From: Escherichia phage wV7 | Strand: one strand, 5' to 3' | Length of the DNA: 64,000 nt | Sequence record: NC_019505.1 | Shown: positions 55,315 to 63,972 of the stretch, in pieces | Layout of the letters: every line of letters begins with the position of its first letter | Numbering within the stretch: the first letter of the stretch is position 1 | Made by a program: the position numbers and the translations under genes | The notes under the pieces: generated by a model | Told to the model about the DNA's origin: nothing | Databases searched by the model: none | Seen by the model: the letters and a program-made list of their open reading frames with translations, nothing else

Positions 55315-55498
55315 TATTCCACCTAATCATTTCAAGATATTGAACTAACTTAGCTTTGGATTTATCCAAATCTCTTTTAGCTGCTTCTATACCGTCGTAT
55401 GAATATCCTTCACAATGCTCAACTGCTAATTGGTATGAATCTATTTCAATATCACGTGCTAATTTAATGATTTTTTCAAACTGTTCACGTGTTAGCAT
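55304..55498 (-). CDS. small helical protein (family member)
   Basis: 64 aa MLTREQFEKIIKLARDIEID... Confidence 0.45.
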   Translation of the reverse strand: MLTREQFEKIIKLARDIEIDSYQLAVEHCEGYSYDGIEAAKRDLDKSKAKLVQYLEMIRWNNEN

Positions 55499-55500
55499 AC

Positions 55501-55692
55501 TTAAACTCTCGTATTATGATCGATAATTTCATCAAGAAACATATCTAACGCTTCTACAGCATTATTAAATTTAGCTTCAAATTCTTCAATACCTGATAAA
55601 CCTGATAAGGCAAAGTTAATGCGTTCCTCATCTGCTTTACGAATTAAAGCTACCAATTCCTTAATTTTATCCGCTTGTTCGATACTAATCAT
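55501..55692 (-). CDS. small helical protein (family member)
   Basis: Start at M13 ([17 protein letters not shown]), 63 aa. Confidence 0.45.
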   Translation of the reverse strand: MISIEQADKIKELVALIRKADEERINFALSGLSGIEEFEAKFNNAVEALDMFLDEIIDHNTRV

Positions 55693-55880
55693 TATTCCAC
55701 CACATATGAAAGAGAGAATATTGCACACGCCATGTGAGTTGCAACTTCATCACACATATTATAACGTTTCTTAAGAAGTTCTACAAGTTCTTCACTAGTA
55801 ACTTCATCCATGTCGACGAAAAAATCACCATTAATGATGACGTAGATATTTCCTTCTTGATTGAGTGCTTCAATTTTCAT
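55692..55880 (-). CDS. small hypothetical protein
   Basis: Start at M16 with GAGGAG RBS; track extension translates the promoter. Confidence 0.45.
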
Positions 55881-55908
55881 GATGTTCTCCTCTTTATCCG
55901 ATAGTTGT

Positions 55909-55938
55909 ATAGTACCACAGCTCAAACGGAAAGTAAAC
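55909..55938 (-). promoter_or_regulatory. T4-type early promoter with conserved leader
   Basis: GTTTAC ... TGGTACTATACAACTATC module. Confidence 0.55.
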
Positions 55939-55946
55939 CGGTAAAA

Positions 55947-55971
55947 TGAAAAAAGTCTCCCGAAGGAGACT
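55947..55971 (-). terminator. intrinsic terminator downstream of rI.-1 gene
   Basis: GUCUCC-UUCG-GGAGAC then UUUUUUCAUUU. Confidence 0.65.
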
Positions 55972-55975
55972 AATG

Positions 55976-56362
55976 TTATTCGAGGGAAAGAAGATACTTA
56001 CTCTGGTAAAACATTCCAGTAATATCATCTATCGTGCTTTGGATGGCTGGAGGCATTTCTTTATAAATGCTGTTAGATTGGTCTAGTATGCGATCAATCA
56101 TTTTAATTGTGTCGGTAGGAAGTTTACTGGCATCTGGAATTGAAGGTGTGTATTTTCTACCAGAATACCCCAAATATTGCTCACCAAATTTATCAATCAA
56201 ATCTGGCAACTCGGAGAAAATAAAATCGTATGCTTTGTGTCTAGCATAATTTTTAGTTTCAAAATGCGCAGAATGAAAATAAGCTTGTGCAGCCATTAAT
56301 AAACCTAAGTATTCATCTGCCTTTGAAGGTTTTCCACTTTGTGAAAAGTCGCTGAATTTCAT
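55976..56362 (-). CDS. hypothetical protein (rI.-1 position)
   Basis: 128 aa immediately downstream of rI. Confidence 0.5.
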
Positions 56363-56652
56363 TCAGTCTCCAATTTAATGTTCATAATTCTAGCGTATGA
56401 TTGTGCCATCTCCGCGCCTCGCTCTATACATTCAAAATCAGAAGAGCACGGGTCATTTTTATAGGTCGTTCTCATAAAACTATAGAATTGTTCAGACGAT
56501 TCTACGCTTTTATTTTCAAAAAGCATATAAACGTGCCTAATACCAGATTCCATAAATTTATCAAAATGAGGATCGACATTCGCTTCAATTGGTGGAGATA
56601 AAGCAAACGCTAATCCTAGCATGGCAAATAGTGCCGTTGCTTTTAAGGCCAT
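56359..56652 (-). CDS. rI: RI lysis-inhibition regulator (periplasmic antiholin)
   Basis: 97 aa with N-terminal signal-anchor; near-identical to T4 RI as recalled. Confidence 0.8.
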   Translation of the reverse strand: MALKATALFAMLGLAFALSPPIEANVDPHFDKFMESGIRHVYMLFENKSVESSEQFYSFMRTTYKNDPCSSDFECIERGAEMAQSYARIMNIKLETE

Positions 56653-56664
56653 AAAGGCCTCCTA

Positions 56665-56877
56665 TCATTTTTGTCCTGTATTTACTTTATGCCGATGCAC
56701 GGCCTTAACTTTATCAAGGTATTTTTCAAAATTTCGCAATCTAGTATAGTCTGCCGGAGATTGGTTGAGTGATACTTCTCGACGCAAAGCTGAAATGATA
56801 TTTCCAACTTCCCTACGAATTTCATCTAATTGAAGCACAGTAAGATTGCGAAGTTGCTTTTCAGTTAATTGTAGCAT
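56665..56877 (-). CDS. small hypothetical protein (rI.1 position)
   Basis: 70-aa ORF between tk and rI. Confidence 0.45.
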
Positions 56878-56919
56878 ATATACCCCTTTAGTTAGATAAA
56901 CCTATTTATAACTTTTGCA

Positions 56920-57501
56920 CTAACCGAGCTTTTTAGTTAATTCATTCCAATGTTTTCTACACAAAGAAACATAAATTTCATCACCAATACAGATTTGATT
57001 ACCTTCTTTAACTGGTGTTCCATCTTCCATTAATCGAGCTGTCATAATCGCTTTTTTGCCGCAATGACAAACTGCCTTTAGTTCAATAAGTTTATCTGCA
57101 ATCGCTAAAAGTTCTTTAGAACCTTCAAACAATTTTCCAGCGAAATCAGTCCTTAATCCATAAGCCATAACAGGAACATTATATGTATCAACAATTCGGC
57201 TCAATTGATGCACCTGTTCAGTTTTTAAAAACTGGGCTTCATCTACAAATACGCAATGAATATCTTTTTGTGCTTCAGCCCATTTATAGAACTCGAAAAT
57301 ATCCATATCATCTGTAATAATATTTGCTTCCTGCCTAATTCCAATGCGAGAAACGACTTCACAGACAGAATCGCGAGTATCAATAGCAGGCTTAAGAACT
57401 AATACACTCATTCCACGTTCTTTATAATTGTGCGCAGCAGTCAAAAGAGAAGCAGATTTTCCAGCATTCATTGCTGCATAAGTAAAAATTAAACTCGCCA
57501 T
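56920..57501 (-). CDS. tk: thymidine kinase
   Basis: 193 aa; Walker A AAMNAGKS; zinc site CHCGKK...C. Confidence 0.9.
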   Translation of the reverse strand: MASLIFTYAAMNAGKSASLLTAAHNYKERGMSVLVLKPAIDTRDSVCEVVSRIGIRQEANIITDDMDIFEFYKWAEAQKDIHCVFVDEAQFLKTEQVHQLSRIVDTYNVPVMAYGLRTDFAGKLFEGSKELLAIADKLIELKAVCHCGKKAIMTARLMEDGTPVKEGNQICIGDEIYVSLCRKHWNELTKKLG

Positions 57502-57502
57502 C

Positions 57503-57691
57503 TTAGTCCTTAGTTAAATTTTCTAAATATGTTTCTAAATCATTTTCAGCTTTATCGATAGATTTTACTAATTCGTAATATGTTTCGGCATCTCCATATT
57601 CAGAAGATATTTCAAAAGACAAATCCTTTTCTAAACTAATAATTTCACCAACTAAAAATAATATTTCGTTCTTTTGTTCGCGAGTAATCAT
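57503..57691 (-). CDS. small helical protein (family member)
   Basis: 62 aa MITREQKNEILFLVGEI... Confidence 0.45.
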   Translation of the reverse strand: MITREQKNEILFLVGEIISLEKDLSFEISSEYGDAETYYELVKSIDKAENDLETYLENLTKD

Positions 57692-57873
57692 AAGGAATTT
57701 ATATAATCAATGAGTTCTTGTTCTTTATTATCGAATTCTTTAGAAAGTTCTTCGTATTCGTCAGTATTAAAAGGACCGCATTCATTACAAACTTTTTCCA
57801 ATTCACTATTTTTATCCATAACTTCGTGGATAAGAGAAAAGAGTTTGTCTTTTTGTTCTTTGCTTAGGCTCAT
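57688..57873 (-). CDS. small helical protein (family member)
   Basis: 61 aa MSLSKEQKDKLFSLIHEV... Confidence 0.45.
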   Translation of the reverse strand: MSLSKEQKDKLFSLIHEVMDKNSELEKVCNECGPFNTDEYEELSKEFDNKEQELIDYINSL

Positions 57874-58039
57874 ATATTAATTTCCAGAAGTTTTAAAATA
57901 ATTCGCTTTTGCTTAAATATTTCCATAGTTAAATGATCAGTATCTTTTTGACCAATTCCAATGGCAAAACCTTTATTAGCAGCGAGTTCAATTAAATTAT
58001 CAAGTTCACGTGACACTTCATATTGTAACTCAGAACTAT

Positions 58040-58252
58040 TCATTTCGGTTTACCTTCTTTAACGAAATCTGGATAAGGATAAAATCCCGAATAAAATCCT
58101 TCACCTTTATGATTGATGCATCCTTTATTAGAACAATAGCACCAATAATCGAAATCACAAGCCATTTCATCGTTGCATAAAGCAAAAACAACTGGCCATT
58201 TACACTTTTCACAATGGGCATTTTTAAGAATACTAGTTTGGCTCATAACCAT
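58040..58252 (-). CDS. small cysteine-rich protein
   Basis: 70 aa with 9 Cys (CEKC, CNDEMAC, CYC, GC). Confidence 0.45.
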   Translation of the reverse strand: MVMSQTSILKNAHCEKCKWPVVFALCNDEMACDFDYWCYCSNKGCINHKGEGFYSGFYPYPDFVKEGKPK

Positions 58253-58470
58253 GTAACCTTTAAGCAGTATTCTTCTACATGCTGTTTACGACCTTTCTTA
58301 TCAATAAAGGTATATTCAACGAATGTTCCAATGTAGTCTTTATCTACATCATGTGGACTATTAATTGGACATTTAGTACGGCAAATGCGTTCCCATTGAC
58401 GAATAATTACTGCCTTATTCTTTTGGTCATATGGATGTGGATAATGTATATTCATAATAATGGTTCCCAA
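58243..58470 (-). CDS. small hypothetical protein
   Basis: 75-aa ORF. Confidence 0.45.
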   Translation of the reverse strand: MGTIIMNIHYPHPYDQKNKAVIIRQWERICRTKCPINSPHDVDKDYIGTFVEYTFIDKKGRKQHVEEYCLKVTWL

Positions 58471-58919
58471 TCAACAATCACAATTTCTAATTTAGAGGAA
58501 TATGTATCTAAAATCCCCTCAATAATATCCCAGTTCCTTTTACCTATGCCTGCACCAATCCTAGGCATATAGATTGTAGGTTTAGTCAGTTTATTTTCAC
58601 CAAACTCATTTAATTCTAACATACAATTCATTAAAGCGGAATACTCAAAATTTGGCCCTGGTTGAAATTGAGTATAAAGATTAAAGCAGTAAGCTTTATG
58701 AGTCCTAAAGTATTTTTCATAGACTGAGTAAGAACCAAGTTTAGTTACATCACCCCATTCAGTCTGTAGTTTATCAGCTTCCAGAATTTTAGGGAAAGCT
58801 TTGGTTAATTGACCTGCGACTCCAGCTTTCATCGTATGAAAACAATTACATCCATGCGCAATATTTTTACCTTCAGTGAAAAGGGCGACAATATCGCCCT
58901 TGATATATTTTACAATCAT
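58452..58919 (-). CDS. macro-domain protein, TARG1/OARD1-like (putative ADP-ribose hydrolase)
   Basis: 155 aa; KGDIVALFTEGKNIAHGCNCFHTMKAGVAGQL and YMPRIGAGIGKRNWDIIEGIL resemble recalled TARG1 motifs. Confidence 0.6.
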   Translation of the reverse strand: MIVKYIKGDIVALFTEGKNIAHGCNCFHTMKAGVAGQLTKAFPKILEADKLQTEWGDVTKLGSYSVYEKYFRTHKAYCFNLYTQFQPGPNFEYSALMNCMLELNEFGENKLTKPTIYMPRIGAGIGKRNWDIIEGILDTYSSKLEIVIVDWEPLL

Positions 58920-59263
58920 CTAGTACTCAATCCTCGATTATAAGAATCTACCAAACGGTCAACCATTGAATGACAAGCGGCTTTATCTTTTTCCTCCGCA
59001 ACTGAACATTCTAAGGTATTCCACTTTTTAGCATATCGTTTTAACAATGTATCATTTTTGTATCTGCTTGATTTATCTCTTTCTCCGTCTTTATATGCAT
59101 ATATTAATTTCTGCGCAAATTCAGCTTGACATGCTTTATTTTTCCCACAATAATCCGCGGCAGTACGGTTTACATACTCTCTAATTTCAGTATATGATGT
59201 ATCTGCTAACGCAGAAGCAGAAAATGAAATTAATCCTATACATAAAACCAAAATTTTAGTCAT
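58916..59263 (-). CDS. secreted/periplasmic hypothetical protein
   Basis: 115 aa; signal peptide; 4 Cys. Confidence 0.45.
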   Translation of the reverse strand: MTKILVLCIGLISFSASALADTSYTEIREYVNRTAADYCGKNKACQAEFAQKLIYAYKDGERDKSSRYKNDTLLKRYAKKWNTLECSVAEEKDKAACHSMVDRLVDSYNRGLSTR

Positions 59264-59801
59264 TTACTATTTCCAAAAGTTTATTATTTTTAAGGTAATT
59301 AGCCTTTTCTAGGACTTCAGAAGCATATTTAGAACCTGCTTTAACATTCCATCCCGAATTATAAGAGGATATCGCCTTTCTTATATCGCCCTTATGTATA
59401 TTTAACCAATAAGAAAGTTCAATGTACGCCCAGGAAGCTGAATTGGACCGTTTATTCAACATTCTTTTTATTTCAGCATCGGTCATATTATAACCAAGTT
59501 CCTTAACTCTTGCTCGCATAGTAGGCAAATAATTTTGGAACATTCCGTAGGCGTGATGCTTTGGTTTAGATTTTAAATTAACTCCGCCAGAGCTTTCTTG
59601 CCATAAAATAGCAGCCATTATATGACCTAATCCACTCTTGTGGATGTTTTTGTGTGTTTTATATTTTCCATCCTTAGAAAATTGTTCCCCGAATTGATAC
59701 GCGTAACGCATGTTATCGAGTTGGACATTACTGAAAGTATGCTCGGAGCTATGTGCCATCATTGAAATGGCCAATAGACCAGCGAGTAGTGCTTTTCTCA
59801 T
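59256..59801 (-). CDS. lytic transglycosylase (SLT domain), secreted
   Basis: 181 aa; signal peptide; SLT motifs ILWQESSGG...AYGMFQ and SSYNSGWN. Confidence 0.65.
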   Translation of the reverse strand: MRKALLAGLLAISMMAHSSEHTFSNVQLDNMRYAYQFGEQFSKDGKYKTHKNIHKSGLGHIMAAILWQESSGGVNLKSKPKHHAYGMFQNYLPTMRARVKELGYNMTDAEIKRMLNKRSNSASWAYIELSYWLNIHKGDIRKAISSYNSGWNVKAGSKYASEVLEKANYLKNNKLLEIVND

Positions 59802-59808
59802 GCTTACC

Positions 59809-60270
59809 TCATTGAGTTTTAATTACTGCTTTAGAAGCCTTTCCTGGTAAACGACGACTGTTGATAATTGCCATTCTACATTGAAGTGACGGGTCTTTGA
59901 ACTTCGCATTAGGTTTACAAACCGTAAATCCAAGCCAAAGATTTCCATCTGTAATTTCCAAACGCCCAGGACGATATTCAACCCCATCAATAAAATCCTC
60001 GTCAATGTCAGGACGCGGAGGCATACTCAGGAATTCATTAACTTCTAAAACATGGTCTTTTATTTTGTGGAATAATTCAAAAACATATGTCTCATCAATC
60101 TCCCGTTGAATTGCACGATCAAGAAGATGTTGAGAATATTTTAGATGAAACGATGAGACTCCTGCTGCTTTTGATGCCTCACGAATCTCATTGTTAATTT
60201 GACGAAACTCCGACTCAAAATGACGACGAAGCTTATTTCGACGGATAAAAACTTCTGTATTGATAGTCAT
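59809..60270 (-). CDS. regB: RegB site-specific endoribonuclease
   Basis: 153 aa; matches T4 RegB as recalled; early promoter upstream. Confidence 0.8.
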   Translation of the reverse strand: MTINTEVFIRRNKLRRHFESEFRQINNEIREASKAAGVSSFHLKYSQHLLDRAIQREIDETYVFELFHKIKDHVLEVNEFLSMPPRPDIDEDFIDGVEYRPGRLEITDGNLWLGFTVCKPNAKFKDPSLQCRMAIINSRRLPGKASKAVIKTQ

Positions 60271-60297
60271 GTTGTTCTCCTCTTAACTGATAGAAAA

Positions 60298-60327
60298 ATT
60301 ATACCACAGTCAAGAGGAAAAGTAAAC
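60298..60327 (-). promoter_or_regulatory. T4-type early promoter
   Basis: GTTTAC ... TGGTATAAT upstream of regB. Confidence 0.6.
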
Positions 60328-60329
60328 AG

Positions 60330-60650
60330 TTATTCTTTAAATCTAATCAATTTATTCATAGACTTTGAAACTTCTGCACGAACCTCGTGTAGATTTTTAA
60401 GCTGTTCAAGACGTTGCTCATAGTAAGCAATTTCATCTTCTTCGAGGCAGTCCTGTGAATCTTCTTTAAGATAACGTGCATAGTCCTGGAAAGCTTTACG
60501 GACTACTTCCTGGAAATCATCAAGACTTTGAATTTTCTTAGGAGCAACAGATACACGACGAGGGGCAGTATAATACTCATAACCAAACCCTGCGCTTAAT
60601 TGAGCCATTAGTATTTTTCCTCTGGTTGGAACACTGCGCGACAAGCCCAC
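60330..60650 (-). CDS. hypothetical protein
   Basis: 106-aa track ORF; likelier start at internal M15. Confidence 0.4.
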   Translation of the reverse strand: MGLSRSVPTRGKILMAQLSAGFGYEYYTAPRRVSVAPKKIQSLDDFQEVVRKAFQDYARYLKEDSQDCLEEDEIAYYEQRLEQLKNLHEVRAEVSKSMNKLIRFKE

Positions 60651-60910
60651 ATACTAGCTTCTTTGAGTTTCGTTTTAGCAATAGTTAACTGATCGAGGCT
60701 TTCAGCATAATTCTTCGCGAGTTCATCATCTTCACAGCTATCGAATGCTTCCCAGAATTCATCGTATAAAGCATCAAAGATAAGTCCTAAACGAACTTCA
60801 GCGTCTTTGATAGCATTCACTTTACCGATTTTCTCTTCAGTATGCGGCTTATAACCTTTAATGTCTTCAATCATATTTGACTTCCTCACCAGTACATAAA
60901 TCATATTCAA
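60608..60910 (-). CDS. hypothetical protein
   Basis: 100-aa ORF; acidic. Confidence 0.4.
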   Translation of the reverse strand: MNMIYVLVRKSNMIEDIKGYKPHTEEKIGKVNAIKDAEVRLGLIFDALYDEFWEAFDSCEDDELAKNYAESLDQLTIAKTKLKEASMWACRAVFQPEEKY

Positions 60911-61088
60911 CTAAACGAATAGGTTCATGAATGCCATATCCTTGAACAGAAATTTCTGTCGTAGGATAAATTCCATCAATATCACCCATATTCCAGGCTT
61001 CATTAAATTGCTGTTCGCCTGAATTACTAAACCACTCGGCGAAAGCATTTAGCACATCTTTAGAACCTTCAATAATTATCTTTGCCAT
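60867..61088 (-). CDS. small hypothetical protein
   Basis: 73-aa ORF. Confidence 0.45.
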   Translation of the reverse strand: MAKIIIEGSKDVLNAFAEWFSNSGEQQFNEAWNMGDIDGIYPTTEISVQGYGIHEPIRLVEYDLCTGEEVKYD

Positions 61089-61450
61089 TACAAACTCTCA
61101 GTAAAGGTACGAGCGATAACGTCGCGCTGCTGTTCCGGAGTCAGAGAGTTAAAGCGAACTGCATAACCGGATACACGGATGGTCAGCTGCGGATATTTTT
61201 CCGGATGCTTAACTGCATCTTCCAGAGTTTCACGACGCAGAACGTTAACGTTCAGGTGTTGACCACCTTCAATTTTAACTGTAGGTTGTGTTTCAATTTC
61301 AATTTCACGGGCATGCAAACCGTAGAAAATTTCTGGGTCTACAAAAGAGTCCTCTTTAAAGGTTTTAGAGACAATAATTCGTGCTTGAATACCATCTTCA
61401 AAATAAATAGTACCTTTATGTGTGCCTTCAAGAATTTGATATGCTTTCAT
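61088..61450 (-). CDS. autonomous glycyl radical cofactor-like protein (GrcA/YfiD-like)
   Basis: 120 aa; C-terminal RVSGYAVRF glycyl radical signature. Confidence 0.7.
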   Translation of the reverse strand: MKAYQILEGTHKGTIYFEDGIQARIIVSKTFKEDSFVDPEIFYGLHAREIEIETQPTVKIEGGQHLNVNVLRRETLEDAVKHPEKYPQLTIRVSGYAVRFNSLTPEQQRDVIARTFTESL

Positions 61451-61457
61451 ATAAACC

Positions 61458-61787
61458 TCAATTAGAAAATAAATTTATCCAAGATTGTTCTTTAATTAAA
61501 AATGGCTCAGAATCATATGCCATTAAACTTTGGGTGATTAGTCCTTTAAAAGGTCCATCAATAAATTCCATGGTAAAATATGGAATTTTATTCATTAACT
61601 GCGCGTTAGGAGCAGTGCACAAAACTCTGCATCCTTTGAATACGCCTTTTTGTAATTTGTATTGCTTGGGATAAAATTCGCTCAAAATGTTATTATTTGC
61701 CAAAATTTCAAAATGATTCACCAATTTATTTTTAATAGTTTTTGGCGAAAAATAAAGATATTCGAAAAGCTGTGTGTCTGTCATCAT
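61458..61787 (-). CDS. hypothetical protein
   Basis: 109-aa ORF. Confidence 0.45.
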   Translation of the reverse strand: MMTDTQLFEYLYFSPKTIKNKLVNHFEILANNNILSEFYPKQYKLQKGVFKGCRVLCTAPNAQLMNKIPYFTMEFIDGPFKGLITQSLMAYDSEPFLIKEQSWINLFSN

Positions 61788-62326
61788 TGCATTCCAATCA
61801 CAAAAAATTGAGGACGAACTGTTTCACCTGTTTCAGCATTATAGCTTCGACAACAGTGTTGTACCGTTTTAATATGGATATTGTAAATCTTATCCATATC
61901 AGGAGCTTTAATAGGTTCGTCAATTATGTACAAGATACGAGAAAGCGATAACCCACGGAATTTATGACCTTCATTACCGATAAAACTACGGACAGAATCA
62001 GTAAATAAACGGAATCGAATATCATCATTAGAATAACGCGAAAATTCCTTTTTAATGTTATTTGCAGAAATTTTAGCGTAAGCTGAAGTATTAGAAAGAA
62101 CAATAACTGTTCCGCCATCATACAGCCAATTAGCAGCAAAGTTAGTCACAGCAATTGATTTACCGGATTGACGTCCACCATCTATACGAAGTGTGCAGTA
62201 CTGTTTGAGCACATCTTCCATTGGTGGAAGATAATCATTCTTACAAATTTCTTCTACTCTAGCATCAGAATGGTGTGTAAAAGCATTCATCAGGGATAGA
62301 TAAGGACCAGTTAAAAATGTTCTCAT
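61784..62326 (-). CDS. small P-loop NTPase-like protein
   Basis: Start at M17 with GAGAGAATAAA RBS; Walker A-like DGGRQSGKS and Walker B-like ILYIIDEP. Confidence 0.45.
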   Translation of the reverse strand: MRTFLTGPYLSLMNAFTHHSDARVEEICKNDYLPPMEDVLKQYCTLRIDGGRQSGKSIAVTNFAANWLYDGGTVIVLSNTSAYAKISANNIKKEFSRYSNDDIRFRLFTDSVRSFIGNEGHKFRGLSLSRILYIIDEPIKAPDMDKIYNIHIKTVQHCCRSYNAETGETVRPQFFVIGMQ

Positions 62327-62467
62327 TTTATTCTCTCTAAGTTTGGGCCATTCCGTGGCGCATGAATTGTCCATTTCTGTATTTACCCATTACCGCACTT
62401 GGGCTCGACCTTATCACAGGTTGGCGGGAATCCCTCACAGAATCATGAGGTCCAGGTTGTTCCCATA

Positions 62468-62941
62468 TTATTTGAACGATTTAACGTACTGAATAGAACC
62501 CTTACTATTCACAAAGGCAATTTTACCATTTTTATTATACATGGTAGCAGTACGCTGATAACCATAGGTTTGTTTACCAGATTGATAACCAACTAATGCA
62601 AAATTATCTTCACCCATTTTATTCTGTTTAGCGCGAATGCGTTCATGACCATGTGCCATAAGAACCTTAGCATCACCAGTTGCAATGGATCGACGAGTTT
62701 TTTCATCTTCAACTGCATTAACAAAGTCGTCAAATGAATCAAATTTAGCATGAGATTTATTATACAATTTTCCATCTACTGCATAATTATATCCCTGTAC
62801 ATCCATCTCAACTTCTGTACCATCATCCAATACAGCAGTAATTTTTTGACCTTTTTTAAATTTCAAAAGATCAGTAAAAGATTCAGCAATAATTTGAGAA
62901 TTAATAGCTGCTTCAGTGATAAATTCTTGATATGTTTTCAT
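62468..62941 (-). CDS. internal protein with capsid targeting sequence
   Basis: 157 aa; N-terminus MKTYQEFITEA matches the T4 internal-protein CTS. Confidence 0.6.
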   Translation of the reverse strand: MKTYQEFITEAAINSQIIAESFTDLLKFKKGQKITAVLDDGTEVEMDVQGYNYAVDGKLYNKSHAKFDSFDDFVNAVEDEKTRRSIATGDAKVLMAHGHERIRAKQNKMGEDNFALVGYQSGKQTYGYQRTATMYNKNGKIAFVNSKGSIQYVKSFK

Positions 62942-62950
62942 GGGTTTCCT

Positions 62951-63367
62951 TTAAATGTAAATATTTTTACCGTAATACTTATACCAATGCGGTTTCATTA
63001 AAATTTTTTCATCAAGTCGTTGTTGACTCAATTTAATAGCTGATTTGCATGGATTATAATCATTTTTCCATTCTATTGGAATATCGCTGATGTCAGGAAC
63101 TTCAGTATCTTTTATACTGAACCCGCGTTTTAAGCATTCCGTTATAATGTCTAATTGACGCTTTCGCAAAAATTCTAACTTATCGTAAAAGAACGTAACA
63201 TGACCAGAACCTAAAATAAACTCGGAAGATATTTTAAAATCTTTAACGCGCTTACCGTTTGCCACATGCTTACGAACTATACCAAAAACACGCGGCAATT
63301 CACGGTATTCTGCGATTAAATGTTGATCAGCAAGTTCAGATACTAAAGTCAAATTAATACGAGTCAT
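62951..63367 (-). CDS. denV: endonuclease V (pyrimidine dimer DNA glycosylase)
   Basis: 138 aa; [18 protein letters not shown]-terminus as T4 DenV. Confidence 0.9.
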   Translation of the reverse strand: MTRINLTLVSELADQHLIAEYRELPRVFGIVRKHVANGKRVKDFKISSEFILGSGHVTFFYDKLEFLRKRQLDIITECLKRGFSIKDTEVPDISDIPIEWKNDYNPCKSAIKLSQQRLDEKILMKPHWYKYYGKNIYI

Positions 63368-63392
63368 TTTATCCCTCCAAGTAACTGTGAAT

Positions 63393-63422
63393 ATACTATC
63401 ACAATTCTAGGAGAAAGTAAAC
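63393..63422 (-). promoter_or_regulatory. T4-type early promoter
   Basis: GTTTAC ... TAGTAT upstream of denV. Confidence 0.5.
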
Positions 63423-63426
63423 AACT

Positions 63427-63972
<546 letters not shown>

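Noticed and set aside
62327-62467. Possible tRNA in the GC-rich intergenic region
   Set aside because: No cloverleaf with T-loop (GTTCRANYC) or anticodon arm could be built; in T4 the tRNA cluster lies beyond gene e, outside this window.
7007-62775. Minus-strand alternative-frame ORFs nested in larger genes (7007..7198, 14488..14700, 19733..19930, 22739..22939, 25263..25448, 26469..26660, 32791..33054, 52337..52531, 59823..60005, 61924..62139, 62593..62775)
   Set aside because: Fully embedded in longer ORFs with clear homology; no independent start signals.
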